64,000 nt of DNA from Candidatus Latescibacterota bacterium (GCA_965242865.1 CBDETK010000013.1:448001-512000), one strand, 5' to 3'; positions 21,316-31,984 are shown, numbered from the stretch's first letter. Made by a program: numbers and translations. Notes: a model not told the origin generated them from the sequence alone.

Positions 21316-22083
21316 TCAGCGCTTGGGGCGGAGGAGGTGCTGAGGCCCCGGCCACAAGGTCTGAATTTTGTCGCGCAACCGCGCGGCTTCCTCAAAGTTT
21401 TCCGCCTCCACGGCCACCTGTAAGTCGCGCTCTAATTGTTCGCGCTGGGACAGCGGCCGCTCCTGCTCTAATTCCTCGTACCATTCGCGCAAAAAGGAAA
21501 TCTCGGGCAAATCCTCGTCTGGCTCGGATTCCCATTCTTCGACAAAGCCCTCGATGTGGGCAATGCCTTCCTCCACGGCGTGCAGGGCCGCTCGATAGTC
21601 GTCGTTTTGCAGGGCTATCATGGCCTGCGCCCGGGTCTGCATCATAACCGCGTGTGGATAGTACTGCTCAAAGTACCAGCGGATCTCGTCGTTGGGCGCG
21701 TGCAGATCGACCAATTCAAAAATCTGTAGGGTGTGCTCGGTATCGGCGATGACCCCTTCGTAGTCTTCGAGGTTGAACAGACTTAGATAGCGGTGATAGT
21801 ACTGCCAAGCCTCTTGGAAGAGTGCTTCGCACTCGCCCTCCTTTAGCACGAAGCCTTCTGGGGTGCCGCGCGATTCGACGAGTTCTTGGTAGTAGTCGAG
21901 CAGCGAGGGGCAACCGTGCGGTTGTTGGCCGTCGGGACGGCCATCCAATTCGAGCTGAAGAAGCCCCATGTCAATGCGGATTTGAAGTTTTTCCTCGCCC
22001 TTGCGGGTGCGGATGCGCCGGGCGAGGAATTCGTCGGGCTTGAACTCCCAACCATTGAGCAAGTCGCCAATATCGTAATTCAT
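21316..22083 (-). CDS. UvrB/UvrC-motif-containing protein
   Basis: LQIRIDMGLLQLELDGRPDG, QYYHRY; C-terminal AVEAENFEEAARLRDKI UVR motif. Confidence 0.85.
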   Translation of the reverse strand: MNYDIGDLLNGWEFKPDEFLARRIRTRKGEEKLQIRIDMGLLQLELDGRPDGQQPHGCPSLLDYYQELVESRGTPEGFVLKEGECEALFQEAWQYYHRYLSLFNLEDYEGVIADTEHTLQIFELVDLHAPNDEIRWYFEQYYPHAVMMQTRAQAMIALQNDDYRAALHAVEEGIAHIEGFVEEWESEPDEDLPEISFLREWYEELEQERPLSQREQLERDLQVAVEAENFEEAARLRDKIQTLWPGPQHLLRPKR

Positions 22084-22456
22084 GGGCGCGCTCTCTGCGA
22101 AAATAGGATGAAGAAACCAGCCCCAAGGAGGTGGGGGAACGCAGGGGACAATATACGGCAGAACTTAGCACTGCGCCACTAGCACCACCCATTATAAACG
22201 CATAATATACAGAAAGGGAAAGATAGCGGCCAGTAAACTAACTTAAATATAATATAAATAATAGGTTAGAAAAATTTATCTCGACGCAGACAGCCGTCTA
22301 AACTACCTTAAAACCGCCGCTAATTTCCAACTCATTCCACCCGGGAGGACCGATGGCCCAGCACGAGCACAATGCGCTGCAAGTGCAGGACGACAGCGGC
22401 ATCGCTTGACAAGGCATCCCTTTGCAATCAACGTACTCTAGCAAAGGAGGCATACT

Positions 22457-23272
22457 ATGCGCGAAATTGAAAACCTGCACTACGGCACTGGGCAGATCGC
22501 ACAGGAGGTGCGCTGCGTCCCGGCGCGTTCCGCAGCCGACGAACAAGCGGACCCAATGTATATCGACATCAAGACGGACCAGCAGTATTGGCGTCGCCGG
22601 GAAGTTTGCTTGCCGAGCGCGTGGCAGCGCGGTAAAGAGGCCGAACCTTTCCTCAAGGGCGAGTGGATCACTGTCGATGCCAGCGACCAAGTGCGGCGCA
22701 TCACTCGCGATCCGCATGACAACATTAGTGTATTTCCGGTTGTCGAAGCGGCGGGGCCACGTACTCAAAAGCTGGGCGTGGCTATGGGCCTGTATGAAGC
22801 CGAGACCGACAACTACTGCGGTGTACCATCCCTTGACGACCCGCTGACGATAGCCAGCGATGGCGGTACACCCAATCGAGGCCGTCTGCGCGTGGCCACG
22901 GCCGGCGAGCCGGTCGTCGCCATGGTCGCGAAGTCCCCAGCACCGGGCGTCAACGATCTGGTCTTTCGCACGGTAATTACGATCTACGTAACCGAGCAAA
23001 TCGATGGATATACTTGCCGACTTGATCCCAGAAGCAAGATCGCCGTAACGGCTCAGGCGTCTCGACCGCTAGCCCGAAGCGTTTTTATTTCTCACGACAC
23101 GTACCATGTTGCCAAGCCGGATTTTGAGTATCTCTACGGATCAATGTGGCCTCATATTGCAGGGATGCTAACGGACATTCCGGCAGAAAAACTGCGCGAT
23201 CTGGTCAAGGTATTTTTTGTCGATCCAAAGACTAAAAAAACGCTGCTTGACCTCTCGGAATACCATGTCTAA
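22457..23272 (+). CDS. Hypothetical protein
   Basis: 271-aa ORF with strong AAGGAGG RBS; overlaps the next gene; no family recognised. Confidence 0.6.
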   Translation: MREIENLHYGTGQIAQEVRCVPARSAADEQADPMYIDIKTDQQYWRRREVCLPSAWQRGKEAEPFLKGEWITVDASDQVRRITRDPHDNISVFPVVEAAGPRTQKLGVAMGLYEAETDNYCGVPSLDDPLTIASDGGTPNRGRLRVATAGEPVVAMVAKSPAPGVNDLVFRTVITIYVTEQIDGYTCRLDPRSKIAVTAQASRPLARSVFISHDTYHVAKPDFEYLYGSMWPHIAGMLTDIPAEKLRDLVKVFFVDPKTKKTLLDLSEYHV

Positions 23273-23741
23273 ACGGAGTAATCTGTACACAGGTAGAGCA
23301 GGTCATCTGGCGGTTATGGCGGAACTGCTGCTTCGAGGGTGGAACACCGCCATTCCAGAAGTCGATGTGGGCGACGATATTTTCGTCGTCCACGATAGCC
23401 AAAGGGACTTGCGCCGCGTACAGGTAAAGACAGCTTTGGCAAGACCGTTGCAGGTCGGGCACAGCGCACAGTTTAATCTCTCGCTCTCGCAGCTCCAAAC
23501 GTCAATGACTCCAGAAGTAACGTATATTTTTGCGGTCCGACTGTGCGATCGGTGGGACTCTTTTGTCGTGATTGACCGGGAAATTTTGGATGAGGAACAT
23601 AGCTCGTATCGCCTAGGAAGCGGGAGCACCGATAGACTCGTATTGCGGTTGCGCTTCAAGGGAACCAGCGTGACCTGTAAACGACGGGACTTGTCGCAAT
23701 ACCGCAATAACTGGACGGCCTTTCCCGTTATTGAGCACTAA
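23265..23741 (+). CDS. Small PD-(D/E)XK nuclease-like protein
   Basis: GRAGHLAVMAELLLRGW...PEVDVGDDIFV...RVQVKT restriction-endonuclease-fold motif; lower GC than flanks. Confidence 0.7.
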   Translation: MSKRSNLYTGRAGHLAVMAELLLRGWNTAIPEVDVGDDIFVVHDSQRDLRRVQVKTALARPLQVGHSAQFNLSLSQLQTSMTPEVTYIFAVRLCDRWDSFVVIDREILDEEHSSYRLGSGSTDRLVLRLRFKGTSVTCKRRDLSQYRNNWTAFPVIEH

Positions 23742-23773
23742 CCGCACCTAACCTTTTTTGGAGAATTTTATTT

Positions 23774-24694
23774 ATGGCTCATCACGAATTCGCCCCCACC
23801 CACTACCACACGACCATCGGCTGGCACGAGCCAGTGCTGGCCATCGCCCCCGGCGACGCGGTCTCTACCACCACCGTTGACGCCCGCGGCCAAGACCAGC
23901 ACGGCGAGCGGGTCACCGAGCGCGGCAACCCCATGACCGGCCCGTTCTACATAGAAGGAGCTGAGCCGGGCGATACGCTGGTCGTTCACTTCGACCGGCT
24001 CTATCCCAACCGCGACTGGGGCTGGACCGCCCACGGCATCGCGCCCAATGTGCTAGACCCGGGTTTTGCCACCGGCATTGAGCGCGACGACCAACCGCTC
24101 CGCTGGCCGATTGATCTGGCCGCGGGCACGGCCACCCAGCCGGAGGTCCTGCCGGGCTTGGAGTTGCCCCTCAGCCCGATGCTGGGCTGTTTCGGAGTGG
24201 CCCCGCCGCGCGGCCAAGCCATTTCCACGGCCACCTCCTCGACCCACGGCGGCAACATGGACTACCGCGGCTTTGTCGCGGGCGCGACCGTGTATTTGCC
24301 GGTTGCGGCCCCGGGGGCCCTCTTCCACCTAGGCGATGGGCACGCTGTCCAAGGCGACGGCGAGATCGTGGGCACGGGCGTGGAAATCTCCTTTGACGCG
24401 ACGTTTACGGTCGATCTGATCAAAGGCAAGCCCATCGGCTGGCCCCGCGCTGAAAACCCCACCCACCTGCTCGCGGTCGGCAATGCGCGGCCCTTGGACC
24501 AATGCGTCCAGCACGCCACCAGCGAGCTGGTCACTTGGCTCACCCAAGACTACGCGCTCACCGCGTTGAGTGCCCACGCGCTGTTGGGGCAGTGCGTGGA
24601 ATACGATCTGGGGAATGTGTACGACCCGGCGTACACCATGGTTTGCAAGGTCGCCAAGTCGCGGCTGGCGGCTTTGGACGCCGAGCGGTTATAA
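23774..24694 (+). CDS. Acetamidase/formamidase family protein
   Basis: NPMTGPFYIEGAEPGDTL, HGGNMD, GDGHAVQGDGEIVGTGVE. Confidence 0.92.
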   Translation: MAHHEFAPTHYHTTIGWHEPVLAIAPGDAVSTTTVDARGQDQHGERVTERGNPMTGPFYIEGAEPGDTLVVHFDRLYPNRDWGWTAHGIAPNVLDPGFATGIERDDQPLRWPIDLAAGTATQPEVLPGLELPLSPMLGCFGVAPPRGQAISTATSSTHGGNMDYRGFVAGATVYLPVAAPGALFHLGDGHAVQGDGEIVGTGVEISFDATFTVDLIKGKPIGWPRAENPTHLLAVGNARPLDQCVQHATSELVTWLTQDYALTALSAHALLGQCVEYDLGNVYDPAYTMVCKVAKSRLAALDAERL

Positions 24695-26185
24695 GTCGGC
24701 GATGGAGTCGAGGCCCTCGGGCTGGGGCAAGACGTAGCGGACGGGCTGGACGCCGCCGTCGCGGCGGCGCACCTGTTCGACCCGCTTGCACTTGATGACC
24801 GAGTGCTCGATCAGCAGGTCGTCGTCGATTTGGCAGCCGTAGAGGTAGCTGGTGCCCTTGATGGTCACGCGCTCGCCCACGCGCATGGGGTGCTCGTCGC
24901 TGCCGGTTAGGAGCACGCCCGACTCAATGCGGCTGCGCGCTCCAATCCGCAGGTTTCCCTTGATGATATTGCGGCTGAGTATTTCGACTCGCTCGCCCAG
25001 CGCGAGGGTTTGCGCCGGGTACGCACTCAGCTCGACGCCAACGCCAATTTGCACCCCCTCGCCGAGCACCACGTGGCCGCTCAGGTGGCTGCGGTCCCCA
25101 ATGGAGACTCGGCGGTTGAGCTGGACTTGGGGGCCGATGTACGTGCCCTTGCCGACGACGATGTCCAAGGGGCCGCGCTCCGCATCCATGCTGAGGATCT
25201 GGTCGATGACCTCGTCGGCGATGAAGAAGTCCTCCTCGTCGGCGATGGTGATGGTGTCTTTGAGCTTGTCGTAGGCCCAGCGGCGGGCGATGGCCTCCAT
25301 CTGCCGCCAGACGCTTTTGACGTTGAAGGCGAGGAGCGCCTCTTCGCTGTCGGCCGGAGCGGCCCGCACCACGAGCTGGTGCCGATTGAAAATTTGCACC
25401 AAGTCGGTCAGCAGCAACTCGCCTTGGGCATTGTCGGTGTTGAGGTGCGGGATGTACGTCCGCAGGGCGCTTTCTCTGAAGGCGACGCCGCCGGTGTTGA
25501 TCTCGCGCGTTTCCAACAACGCTTGGCGGGTGAAGGGGTACGTGCGGCCATTGTACAGGGCTTCGTAGGGCGTTGCCGCATCGAGGCTGAGGATGTCCTT
25601 GTGCTCGCGGATTTCAATGACTTTGTCGCGGTCGTCCCCCGCGGGCTGCCCGTCGGCGTCGGTGGCTGGTACGCGCACGATGCGGCCATAGAAGTTGGTG
25701 TCGGGGGGGCCGCTGTACAGGCTGGTGAGCACCATCATGTCGCAGTCGGCGTTTTCAAAGTGGGCGCGGAAGCGGGCCACGACTTGCCCGGTCAACAAGC
25801 CCATGTCCCCTAAAAAGATGTACACGTCGCGGTCGGTCGCGGCGGCCGGAAAGGCTTGGAGGCCGACGCGCACGGCGTCGCCGGTGCCGGCCGGCCGGCC
25901 GAGGACCGGGTTTTCTTGGTACGCGAAAAGACGCCCCGGCTGGGGGCCGGCCGCGCGGGCCACGTCCTCGCCCTTGATGCCCACGACCATGACCTGATTG
26001 GGGCTGTCAAGGCCCTGTTGCACGGCGCGGGCCACGCGCACGGCCGTTGGCTGGCCCCAAATTTCGTGCAGCATCTTGGAGGTCTCCGAGCGGATGCGCT
26101 TGCCGTGGCCAGCCGCCAAAATCAGGCCGATGCGGCGGCTGTCGTCCAAAATTGGCGAATTAAGCGCTGCGAGCAGGTCGTGCAT
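24689..26185 (-). CDS. GlmU-like nucleotidyltransferase with left-handed beta-helix C-terminus
   Basis: ILAAGHGKRIRSETSKMLH, GTGDAV, YGRIVR, EINTG, NAQGELLLTD and hexapeptide repeats; ATG 26185. Confidence 0.8.
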   Translation of the reverse strand: MHDLLAALNSPILDDSRRIGLILAAGHGKRIRSETSKMLHEIWGQPTAVRVARAVQQGLDSPNQVMVVGIKGEDVARAAGPQPGRLFAYQENPVLGRPAGTGDAVRVGLQAFPAAATDRDVYIFLGDMGLLTGQVVARFRAHFENADCDMMVLTSLYSGPPDTNFYGRIVRVPATDADGQPAGDDRDKVIEIREHKDILSLDAATPYEALYNGRTYPFTRQALLETREINTGGVAFRESALRTYIPHLNTDNAQGELLLTDLVQIFNRHQLVVRAAPADSEEALLAFNVKSVWRQMEAIARRWAYDKLKDTITIADEEDFFIADEVIDQILSMDAERGPLDIVVGKGTYIGPQVQLNRRVSIGDRSHLSGHVVLGEGVQIGVGVELSAYPAQTLALGERVEILSRNIIKGNLRIGARSRIESGVLLTGSDEHPMRVGERVTIKGTSYLYGCQIDDDLLIEHSVIKCKRVEQVRRRDGGVQPVRYVLPQPEGLDSIADL

Positions 26186-26202
26186 TGCGTTCCTTTCCGG
26201 GT

Positions 26203-28299
26203 TCACGCGCCCCCTCCCTCTACGATGTCGATGGCCTCGCCGAGGGCTGCGCGCATGAGTACCTCCTGCATACTGTGGCTGGGGCCGCCGGCTTCGGGCT
26301 GGCGGCGGCTGTACGTGCCATCTGGGCGCATCTGCCGAGATTTGGCGCGGTCGGCCAGCGCCAGCGCCAGCAACTCTCGATAGATGCGCCGCTTCAGGCC
26401 CGGGTCCAAGATGGGGAAGACGACTTCGACCCGGCCGCGCAGGTTGCGATTCATCCAGTCCGCGCTGCCGAGCCAAACTTCCTCGTCGCCGCCGTTGGCA
26501 AAGTAAAAGACCCGGCTGTGCTCCAAGAAGCGGCCAATGATGCTGTACACGCGGATGTTGTCGCTGATGCCGTCGAGGCCGGCGCGCAAGCAGCAGATCC
26601 CGCGCACGATTAGATCGATTTCCACGCCGGCTTGCGAGGCCGCGTACAAGGCGTTGATGATGGCCGGATCGATGAGGCCGTTCATCTTGGCGATGATCGC
26701 GGCCGGCCGATTGGCGCGGGCGTGTTGGCTCTCGCGCTCGATGCGGTCGAGCATGCCCTGCATCAGGCCGGAGGGGGCCACTAGCAGCTTTTTGAATTGG
26801 CTGGCGCGGTTGTGGGCGGTGAGCAGGTTGAAGACCTCGGCCACTTCGGCCGTGATCGTCGGCTCGGCCGTAATCAGCCCCAGATCCGTGTAGAGCCGAG
26901 CGGTGATGTGGTTGTAATTGCCGGTCCCCAAGTGGGCGTAGCGGCGCAGGCGGTCTTGGTCGCGGCGCACCAGCATGGACAGCTTGCAATGGGTCTTCAG
27001 GCCCATGATCCCATAGACCACGTGGATGCCGCTGTCTTCGAGCCGCTTGGCCCACTCGATGTTGGCCTCTTCGTCGCCGCGGGCCTTGAGCTCGACGAGC
27101 ACAGTAACCTCCTTGCGGCGCTCGGCCGCGTCAATGAGGGCCTGTCCCACCTCTGAATCGTCGCCCGTGCGGTAGATGGTCTGTTTGATCGCCAGCACTT
27201 TGGGATCGCTGGCCGCCATGCGGATGAAATCGGTTACGGTGGAAAACGACTCGTAGGGATGGTGCAAGAGGACGTCGCCGGCGCGAATGGCCGCGAAGAA
27301 CGCCTCCGGCTCTTGGGGTACGTCGCGCTTGACTGGCGAGAAGGGGGCGTCCTTGAGCAGGGGGCGCGGGACGAGCCCGTACAGGGTCATGACCCGGTGG
27401 AGATTGACCGGCCCGGCCGCCCTGAACACCAAGCTGTCGTCGAGGTCAAACTCCTGCTGCAAAAGCGCGACCAGCCGGTCGGGTGCCCCAGCGGTGATTT
27501 CCAGCCGCACGGCGTCGGCCTGCCGCTGCTTGGTCACTTGCTCGGCGATTTCTTCGAGCAGGTTGTCGGCGTCTTCTTCGTTGACGTACAGCTCGCTGTT
27601 GCGGGTGATGCGGAACGGGGCCGAGCCGAGGACCTCGTAGCCGCGGAACAAGGCCCGGACTTGCAGGTCCATGATCCCGGCCAAGGTCACGAAGTGGAGG
27701 TCCGGGCCTTGGCCGGGCAGGCGCAGGATGCGCGGCAACACGCGCGGCACCGTGGCCACGCCCATCACGGACTGGCCCTGTCCTTCGAGCAAAGCCCCGA
27801 TGCACAGGGCCTTGTTGAGCACCCGGGGGAAGGGATGGGCCGGATCGACGACGATGGGCGTGAGGATCGGTTCGAGCTCTTCTTCCCAGTATTGATGCAC
27901 AAAGTCGAGGTGCTCGCCTTGGAGTTGGCGCGCTTCCCACAGGTAGATGCCCTCGGCCGCCAGCGCTGGAATGAGGTCCTCGTTCCAGCAGCGATACTGC
28001 TCGGCGACCTGCTCGTGGGCTTGTTGGGCGATGCGCTCTAGCTGCTCGGCCGGGGTCAGCCCGTCGGGGCGGCTGGGGTTGGCTCCGGACTCGTGCAATT
28101 GCAGCAAGCCAGCGACCCGGATTTCGTAGAACTCGTCGAGGTTGCTGGCGACGATGGCCATGAACTTGACGCGCTCCAACAAGGGGTTGCGCTCGTCTTG
28201 GGCTTCTTCGAGCACCCGGGCGTTAAAGTCGAGCCAAGAGAGCTCGCGGTTGATGTAAAGCGCGGGCGCGCCTGCTGGGTCTTTGTCTTTAGCCGACAT
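26203..28299 (-). CDS. ppk1: Polyphosphate kinase 1
   Basis: YINRELSWLDFNARVL, SNLDEFYEIRVA, LLHHPYESF, KQTIYRT, HLGTGNYN, GRFLEHSR, SADWMNRNL. Confidence 0.97.
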   Translation of the reverse strand: MSAKDKDPAGAPALYINRELSWLDFNARVLEEAQDERNPLLERVKFMAIVASNLDEFYEIRVAGLLQLHESGANPSRPDGLTPAEQLERIAQQAHEQVAEQYRCWNEDLIPALAAEGIYLWEARQLQGEHLDFVHQYWEEELEPILTPIVVDPAHPFPRVLNKALCIGALLEGQGQSVMGVATVPRVLPRILRLPGQGPDLHFVTLAGIMDLQVRALFRGYEVLGSAPFRITRNSELYVNEEDADNLLEEIAEQVTKQRQADAVRLEITAGAPDRLVALLQQEFDLDDSLVFRAAGPVNLHRVMTLYGLVPRPLLKDAPFSPVKRDVPQEPEAFFAAIRAGDVLLHHPYESFSTVTDFIRMAASDPKVLAIKQTIYRTGDDSEVGQALIDAAERRKEVTVLVELKARGDEEANIEWAKRLEDSGIHVVYGIMGLKTHCKLSMLVRRDQDRLRRYAHLGTGNYNHITARLYTDLGLITAEPTITAEVAEVFNLLTAHNRASQFKKLLVAPSGLMQGMLDRIERESQHARANRPAAIIAKMNGLIDPAIINALYAASQAGVEIDLIVRGICCLRAGLDGISDNIRVYSIIGRFLEHSRVFYFANGGDEEVWLGSADWMNRNLRGRVEVVFPILDPGLKRRIYRELLALALADRAKSRQMRPDGTYSRRQPEAGGPSHSMQEVLMRAALGEAIDIVEGGGA

Positions 28300-28306
28300 G
28301 AGGCCC

Positions 28307-29110
28307 CTAGTCGAGCGCGGCAATGGTTGCGCGCACAAATTCCACCGACGTTTTGAGCGCGGCCCGGCGCTCGCCTTCAATGCCGCACTCGTAGGCCAGA
28401 TAGCCGCTAAAGCCGATGTCCTTGAGGGCCTGCAAGCCGGCGCGCCAATCGATGTCGCCAGTGCCCGGCTGTAGGCGCGTGTTGTCGGCCAGATGAACGT
28501 GGGCGACGTGGGGGCCGGCTTGGCGGAAGGCGGCCGGCGTGTCGGTCTCTTCGATGTGCATGTGGAAGAAGTCGCTGAGCAGGGCCACGCCCGGGGGGCG
28601 GCCGGCGCGCTCGATGATTTCAACGCCATCGGCTTGGCGGCGCAAGAGGTGTTGCTCGTAGCGGTTGAGGGGTTCGAGCAGGAGCAAAGTGCCTTGGCTG
28701 GCGGCCCAAGCGGCCAGCTCTTTGACCTGCTCGACGAGCAGGGCCTTTTCTAGCGCAATGGCGTCTTGCAGCGGCGACAGGTCTGGGATGCGCGGCGGCC
28801 CAAAGATGGGCGGGACGATCTGGCCGACGGCTTGGAAGTGCCCGCAGGCGGCGAGTTGGCGGCGCGTCTCAGCGAGGCTGTTGGCGCGCTTGCGCGGGTC
28901 TGGGTCGAGCCAGTCAAAGGTCTCTTGGCCGCATACCGAAGCGATTTTGATCGAGCGGCCAGCGAGGGCCTGTTCGTATTTTTCGACGTGGTCGTACAGG
29001 CGCGAGCCGCCGCTGACCTCTAGGCCCTCGACGGCGAGCGATTCAGCGAAGTCGAGCTTTTCAGCGAGGCTTTCGCCGGGCAGCAACCCTTCCTGTAAGG
29101 CAATTTTCAT
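28307..29110 (-). CDS. Sugar phosphate isomerase/epimerase (xylose-isomerase-like TIM barrel)
   Basis: LEPLNRYE, DFFHMHIEE, HVHLADNTRLQPGTG, YEC. Confidence 0.9.
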   Translation of the reverse strand: MKIALQEGLLPGESLAEKLDFAESLAVEGLEVSGGSRLYDHVEKYEQALAGRSIKIASVCGQETFDWLDPDPRKRANSLAETRRQLAACGHFQAVGQIVPPIFGPPRIPDLSPLQDAIALEKALLVEQVKELAAWAASQGTLLLLEPLNRYEQHLLRRQADGVEIIERAGRPPGVALLSDFFHMHIEETDTPAAFRQAGPHVAHVHLADNTRLQPGTGDIDWRAGLQALKDIGFSGYLAYECGIEGERRAALKTSVEFVRATIAALD

Positions 29111-29195
29111 GGCGTCCTTTCTCGCGGCTTGACGTTAGGGGCGTTTTTGGGGTTTATAGCGGGCCAAAATATACACTGCCAACGGAGGATATGCC

Positions 29196-30158
29196 ATGCC
29201 AGAACGCGTCCAGATCGTAGTGCCCGGCGACCAGCCAACCCAGATCGCTGGTTCGCCGCATTTGCAGCGGCTCGCGCCCTACGGGGATGTCACCCTGTTT
29301 GAGGATACGCCGCAAAGCGCGGGCGAGAAGATCGCCCGGGCCGAGGGGGCGCAAATCATCATCAACACGCGCGGAGTCGTCACTTGGCGCGAGGAAATGC
29401 GCCGCTTGCCCGCGCTCAAAATGATTGCCACCTGCTCCATCGGCACGGACATGATCGACTTGGCGATTGCCAAGGAGTGCGGAATCGTGGTGTCGAACCA
29501 GCCCGGCCGCACCGCGCCCGTGGTGGCCGAGCATGTCTTAGGGCTGATGTTTGCCCTGTCCAAGCGCGCTTACTTTCAGACGGCCGAGCTCAAGGCGGGG
29601 CGCTGGACGCGCAAGATGAACACCATGCTGCAGGGCAAGGTGCTGGGCGTGGTGGGCACGGGGCCGATTGGCGCGGAGCTGGCGCGGTTGGGGCGGGCGA
29701 TTGGCATGGAGGTCATCGCGTGGACCTTCCATCCGTCGCCGCAACGCGCAGCCGAGTACGGGGTGCGCTTCGTCGAATTTGACGAGTTGTTGCAGACTGC
29801 GGACGTGGTCAGCCTGCACGTGCGGTTGACCGAGGATACCCGGCACTTGCTCGGGGCGCGCGAGTTTGGCCTGATGAAAAAGGGGGCGCTGTTGCTGAAC
29901 GGCGCGCGCGGCGACGTGCTAGACATTCACGCCTTGCGCGCGGCCCTGTTGTCCGGGCATTTGGGCGGCGCCGGGTTAGACGTATTTTCACAGGAGCCGC
30001 TGCCGAGCGACGACCCCATCCTCGATTGCGAGCAGGTAGTCCTAACGCCCCATGCCGCGGATCAGACGCCCGAGGGGGTGGATTTGTTGAACGAGGGCGC
30101 GGTGGATAATGTGATTGCGTTTTTGCAGGGGCGGCCGCAAAACAACGTGGCCGCGTGA
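29196..30158 (+). CDS. D-isomer-specific 2-hydroxyacid dehydrogenase
   Basis: GVVGTGPIG, DVVSLH, NGARG, LDVFSQEP, LTPH. Confidence 0.92.
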   Translation: MPERVQIVVPGDQPTQIAGSPHLQRLAPYGDVTLFEDTPQSAGEKIARAEGAQIIINTRGVVTWREEMRRLPALKMIATCSIGTDMIDLAIAKECGIVVSNQPGRTAPVVAEHVLGLMFALSKRAYFQTAELKAGRWTRKMNTMLQGKVLGVVGTGPIGAELARLGRAIGMEVIAWTFHPSPQRAAEYGVRFVEFDELLQTADVVSLHVRLTEDTRHLLGAREFGLMKKGALLLNGARGDVLDIHALRAALLSGHLGGAGLDVFSQEPLPSDDPILDCEQVVLTPHAADQTPEGVDLLNEGAVDNVIAFLQGRPQNNVAA

Positions 30159-30207
30159 GGCCGACGAGCAGGGGAGTTCGAGATACGACGCACCAAACAG
30201 GAGAGCT

Positions 30208-30915
30208 ATGGACGACAAAAAGCTAGCAAAAGAAAAAAAGGAATTTGCCACGGTCCTACGGCGCGAGCCGTCCTCGGAGGGGGTAGATGATAAGGGGCGG
30301 ACGGATCTGCACCATGCAGCGGCATTGAACCTGCCCGCCCTTTCCACTTTTCTGCTGCACGGCGGGGCCGAGGTCAACGCCAAGGACGAGGAAGGGATGA
30401 TGCCGCTGCACAGTGCGTCCATGCGGAATGCGATTGAGGTCGCGAGGATTTTGCTACCCAGCGGGGCCGAGGTCAACGCCAAGGACAAGGACGGCCTGAC
30501 GCCGCTGCACGTTGCAACCGCGCGGAACGCGCTGGTGGTGGCGGAGTTTCTGCTGGCCAATGGCGCGGATATCAACGCCAAAAACTACTACAATGGCCTG
30601 ACGCCGCTCCACCTTGCGACCGCGCGGAATGAGGTTGGAGTGGCGGAGTTTCTGCTGCACAACGGCGCGGACGCCAACGCCAAAAACTACCACGACGACC
30701 TGACGCCGCTGCACATTGCAACGATGCGGAACATTTTTCGCATCGCCGAGATTTTGCTGGACAACGGCGCGGATGTCAACGCCAAGACGAGTGACGGCTG
30801 GACGCCGTTGTTTCTCGCCACGCACAAAAGAGATAAGGTCGGTCTGGTGCTTCGTTTCTTTGGGATGGAGAGGGGGATCGTTCGTTTGTTGCGCTGGCAC
30901 GGGGGCGAGGAATAA
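30208..30915 (+). CDS. Ankyrin repeat protein (about 6 repeats, no N-terminal anchor)
   Basis: Repeated TPLH...LL.NGAD.NAK units. Confidence 0.9.
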   Translation: MDDKKLAKEKKEFATVLRREPSSEGVDDKGRTDLHHAAALNLPALSTFLLHGGAEVNAKDEEGMMPLHSASMRNAIEVARILLPSGAEVNAKDKDGLTPLHVATARNALVVAEFLLANGADINAKNYYNGLTPLHLATARNEVGVAEFLLHNGADANAKNYHDDLTPLHIATMRNIFRIAEILLDNGADVNAKTSDGWTPLFLATHKRDKVGLVLRFFGMERGIVRLLRWHGGEE

Positions 30916-31054
30916 AGCAGCTAGGAAAACGCTCAGGACGCGACGCCTATGGAGTGCGTATTTTTTAAGGCGGTGGGGAGGCAGCCGAGAATAGGACGCC
31001 GCCGCGGGGCGATCAGAAAAAGCCTGCCAATCAACCACATGCAAAAGAAAACCA

Positions 31055-31984
31055 ATGAAAAGCTCAGAGCAGCCTAAGCAGTCCCGATTCAAGCGGCTTG
31101 CCGTAGCCTTGGGCGCGGTGGCTCTTTTGATGTGGGGCATCATGTATGTTGGATCCCTGCTCACATCGGGCGAGGGGGGCAACGCCCAAGACACCGAGGG
31201 CTGGACGCCGCTGCACGAAGCGGCGGCGGCGTATGATGAGTCGCTGGCGAAGGTGTTGCTGGACCAAGGCGCGGACGTACACGCCCAAGACAGCTATGGC
31301 CAGACGCCCCTGCACGAAGCGGCACATAAGAATGCGGCGGCGGTGGCGAAGGTGCTGCTAGAAAACGGCGCGGAGATAAACGCCCAAGACCACGAGGGCC
31401 GGACGCCCCTGCACAGAGTGACGGCGTACATGGATGCCGCGGAGACAGCGGAGGTGTTGATAGAAAACGGCGCAGACGTACACGCCAAAAACAACTATGG
31501 CCGGACGCCGATGCACGAAGCGGCGTGGGGTAAAGCGTCGGCGACGGCAAAGATGTTGCTGGAAAACGGTGCCGACGCAGACGTCAAAAGCAACAAGGGC
31601 CGGACGCCCCTGTGCGATACGGCGACGAGGAATGATACGACGATGGCGAGGATGTTGCTGGCCCAAGGCGCGGACGTAAACGCCCAAGACCTCAAGGGCT
31701 GGACACCCCTACACTGGGCGGCACCCGAGGATGCGGCAGCGGTAGCGAAGATATTGCTGGAAAACGGCGCAGACGCAGACGTCAGAACCAAAAGCGACCT
31801 CGGCTGGACGCCCCTGCACTACGCGGCGATGGAGGATGCGGCGGCGATGGCGACGGTGTTGCTGGAAAACGGCGCGGACGTAAATGCCCAAGACCTCAAG
31901 GGCTGGACGCCCCTGCACTGGGCAGAGTTTAAGAACGCCGCGGCGACAGCCGAGGTGTTGCGCCGCTATGGTGGGCGAAAGTGA
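31055..31984 (+). CDS. Membrane-anchored ankyrin repeat protein (8 repeats)
   Basis: RFKRLAVALGAVALLMWGIMYVGS TM segment followed by 33-aa TPLH repeats. Confidence 0.92.
   Translation: MKSSEQPKQSRFKRLAVALGAVALLMWGIMYVGSLLTSGEGGNAQDTEGWTPLHEAAAAYDESLAKVLLDQGADVHAQDSYGQTPLHEAAHKNAAAVAKVLLENGAEINAQDHEGRTPLHRVTAYMDAAETAEVLIENGADVHAKNNYGRTPMHEAAWGKASATAKMLLENGADADVKSNKGRTPLCDTATRNDTTMARMLLAQGADVNAQDLKGWTPLHWAAPEDAAAVAKILLENGADADVRTKSDLGWTPLHYAAMEDAAAMATVLLENGADVNAQDLKGWTPLHWAEFKNAAATAEVLRRYGGRK

Noticed and set aside
22353-22409. 18-codon ORF MAQHEHNALQVQDDSGIA with GGAGG RBS
   Set aside because: Too short to support; could be a gene remnant or leader peptide, but there is no further evidence
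24689-27055. 788-aa version of the GlmU-like ORF
   Set aside because: The first 290 codons overlap ppk1 in another frame; real start is probably 26185
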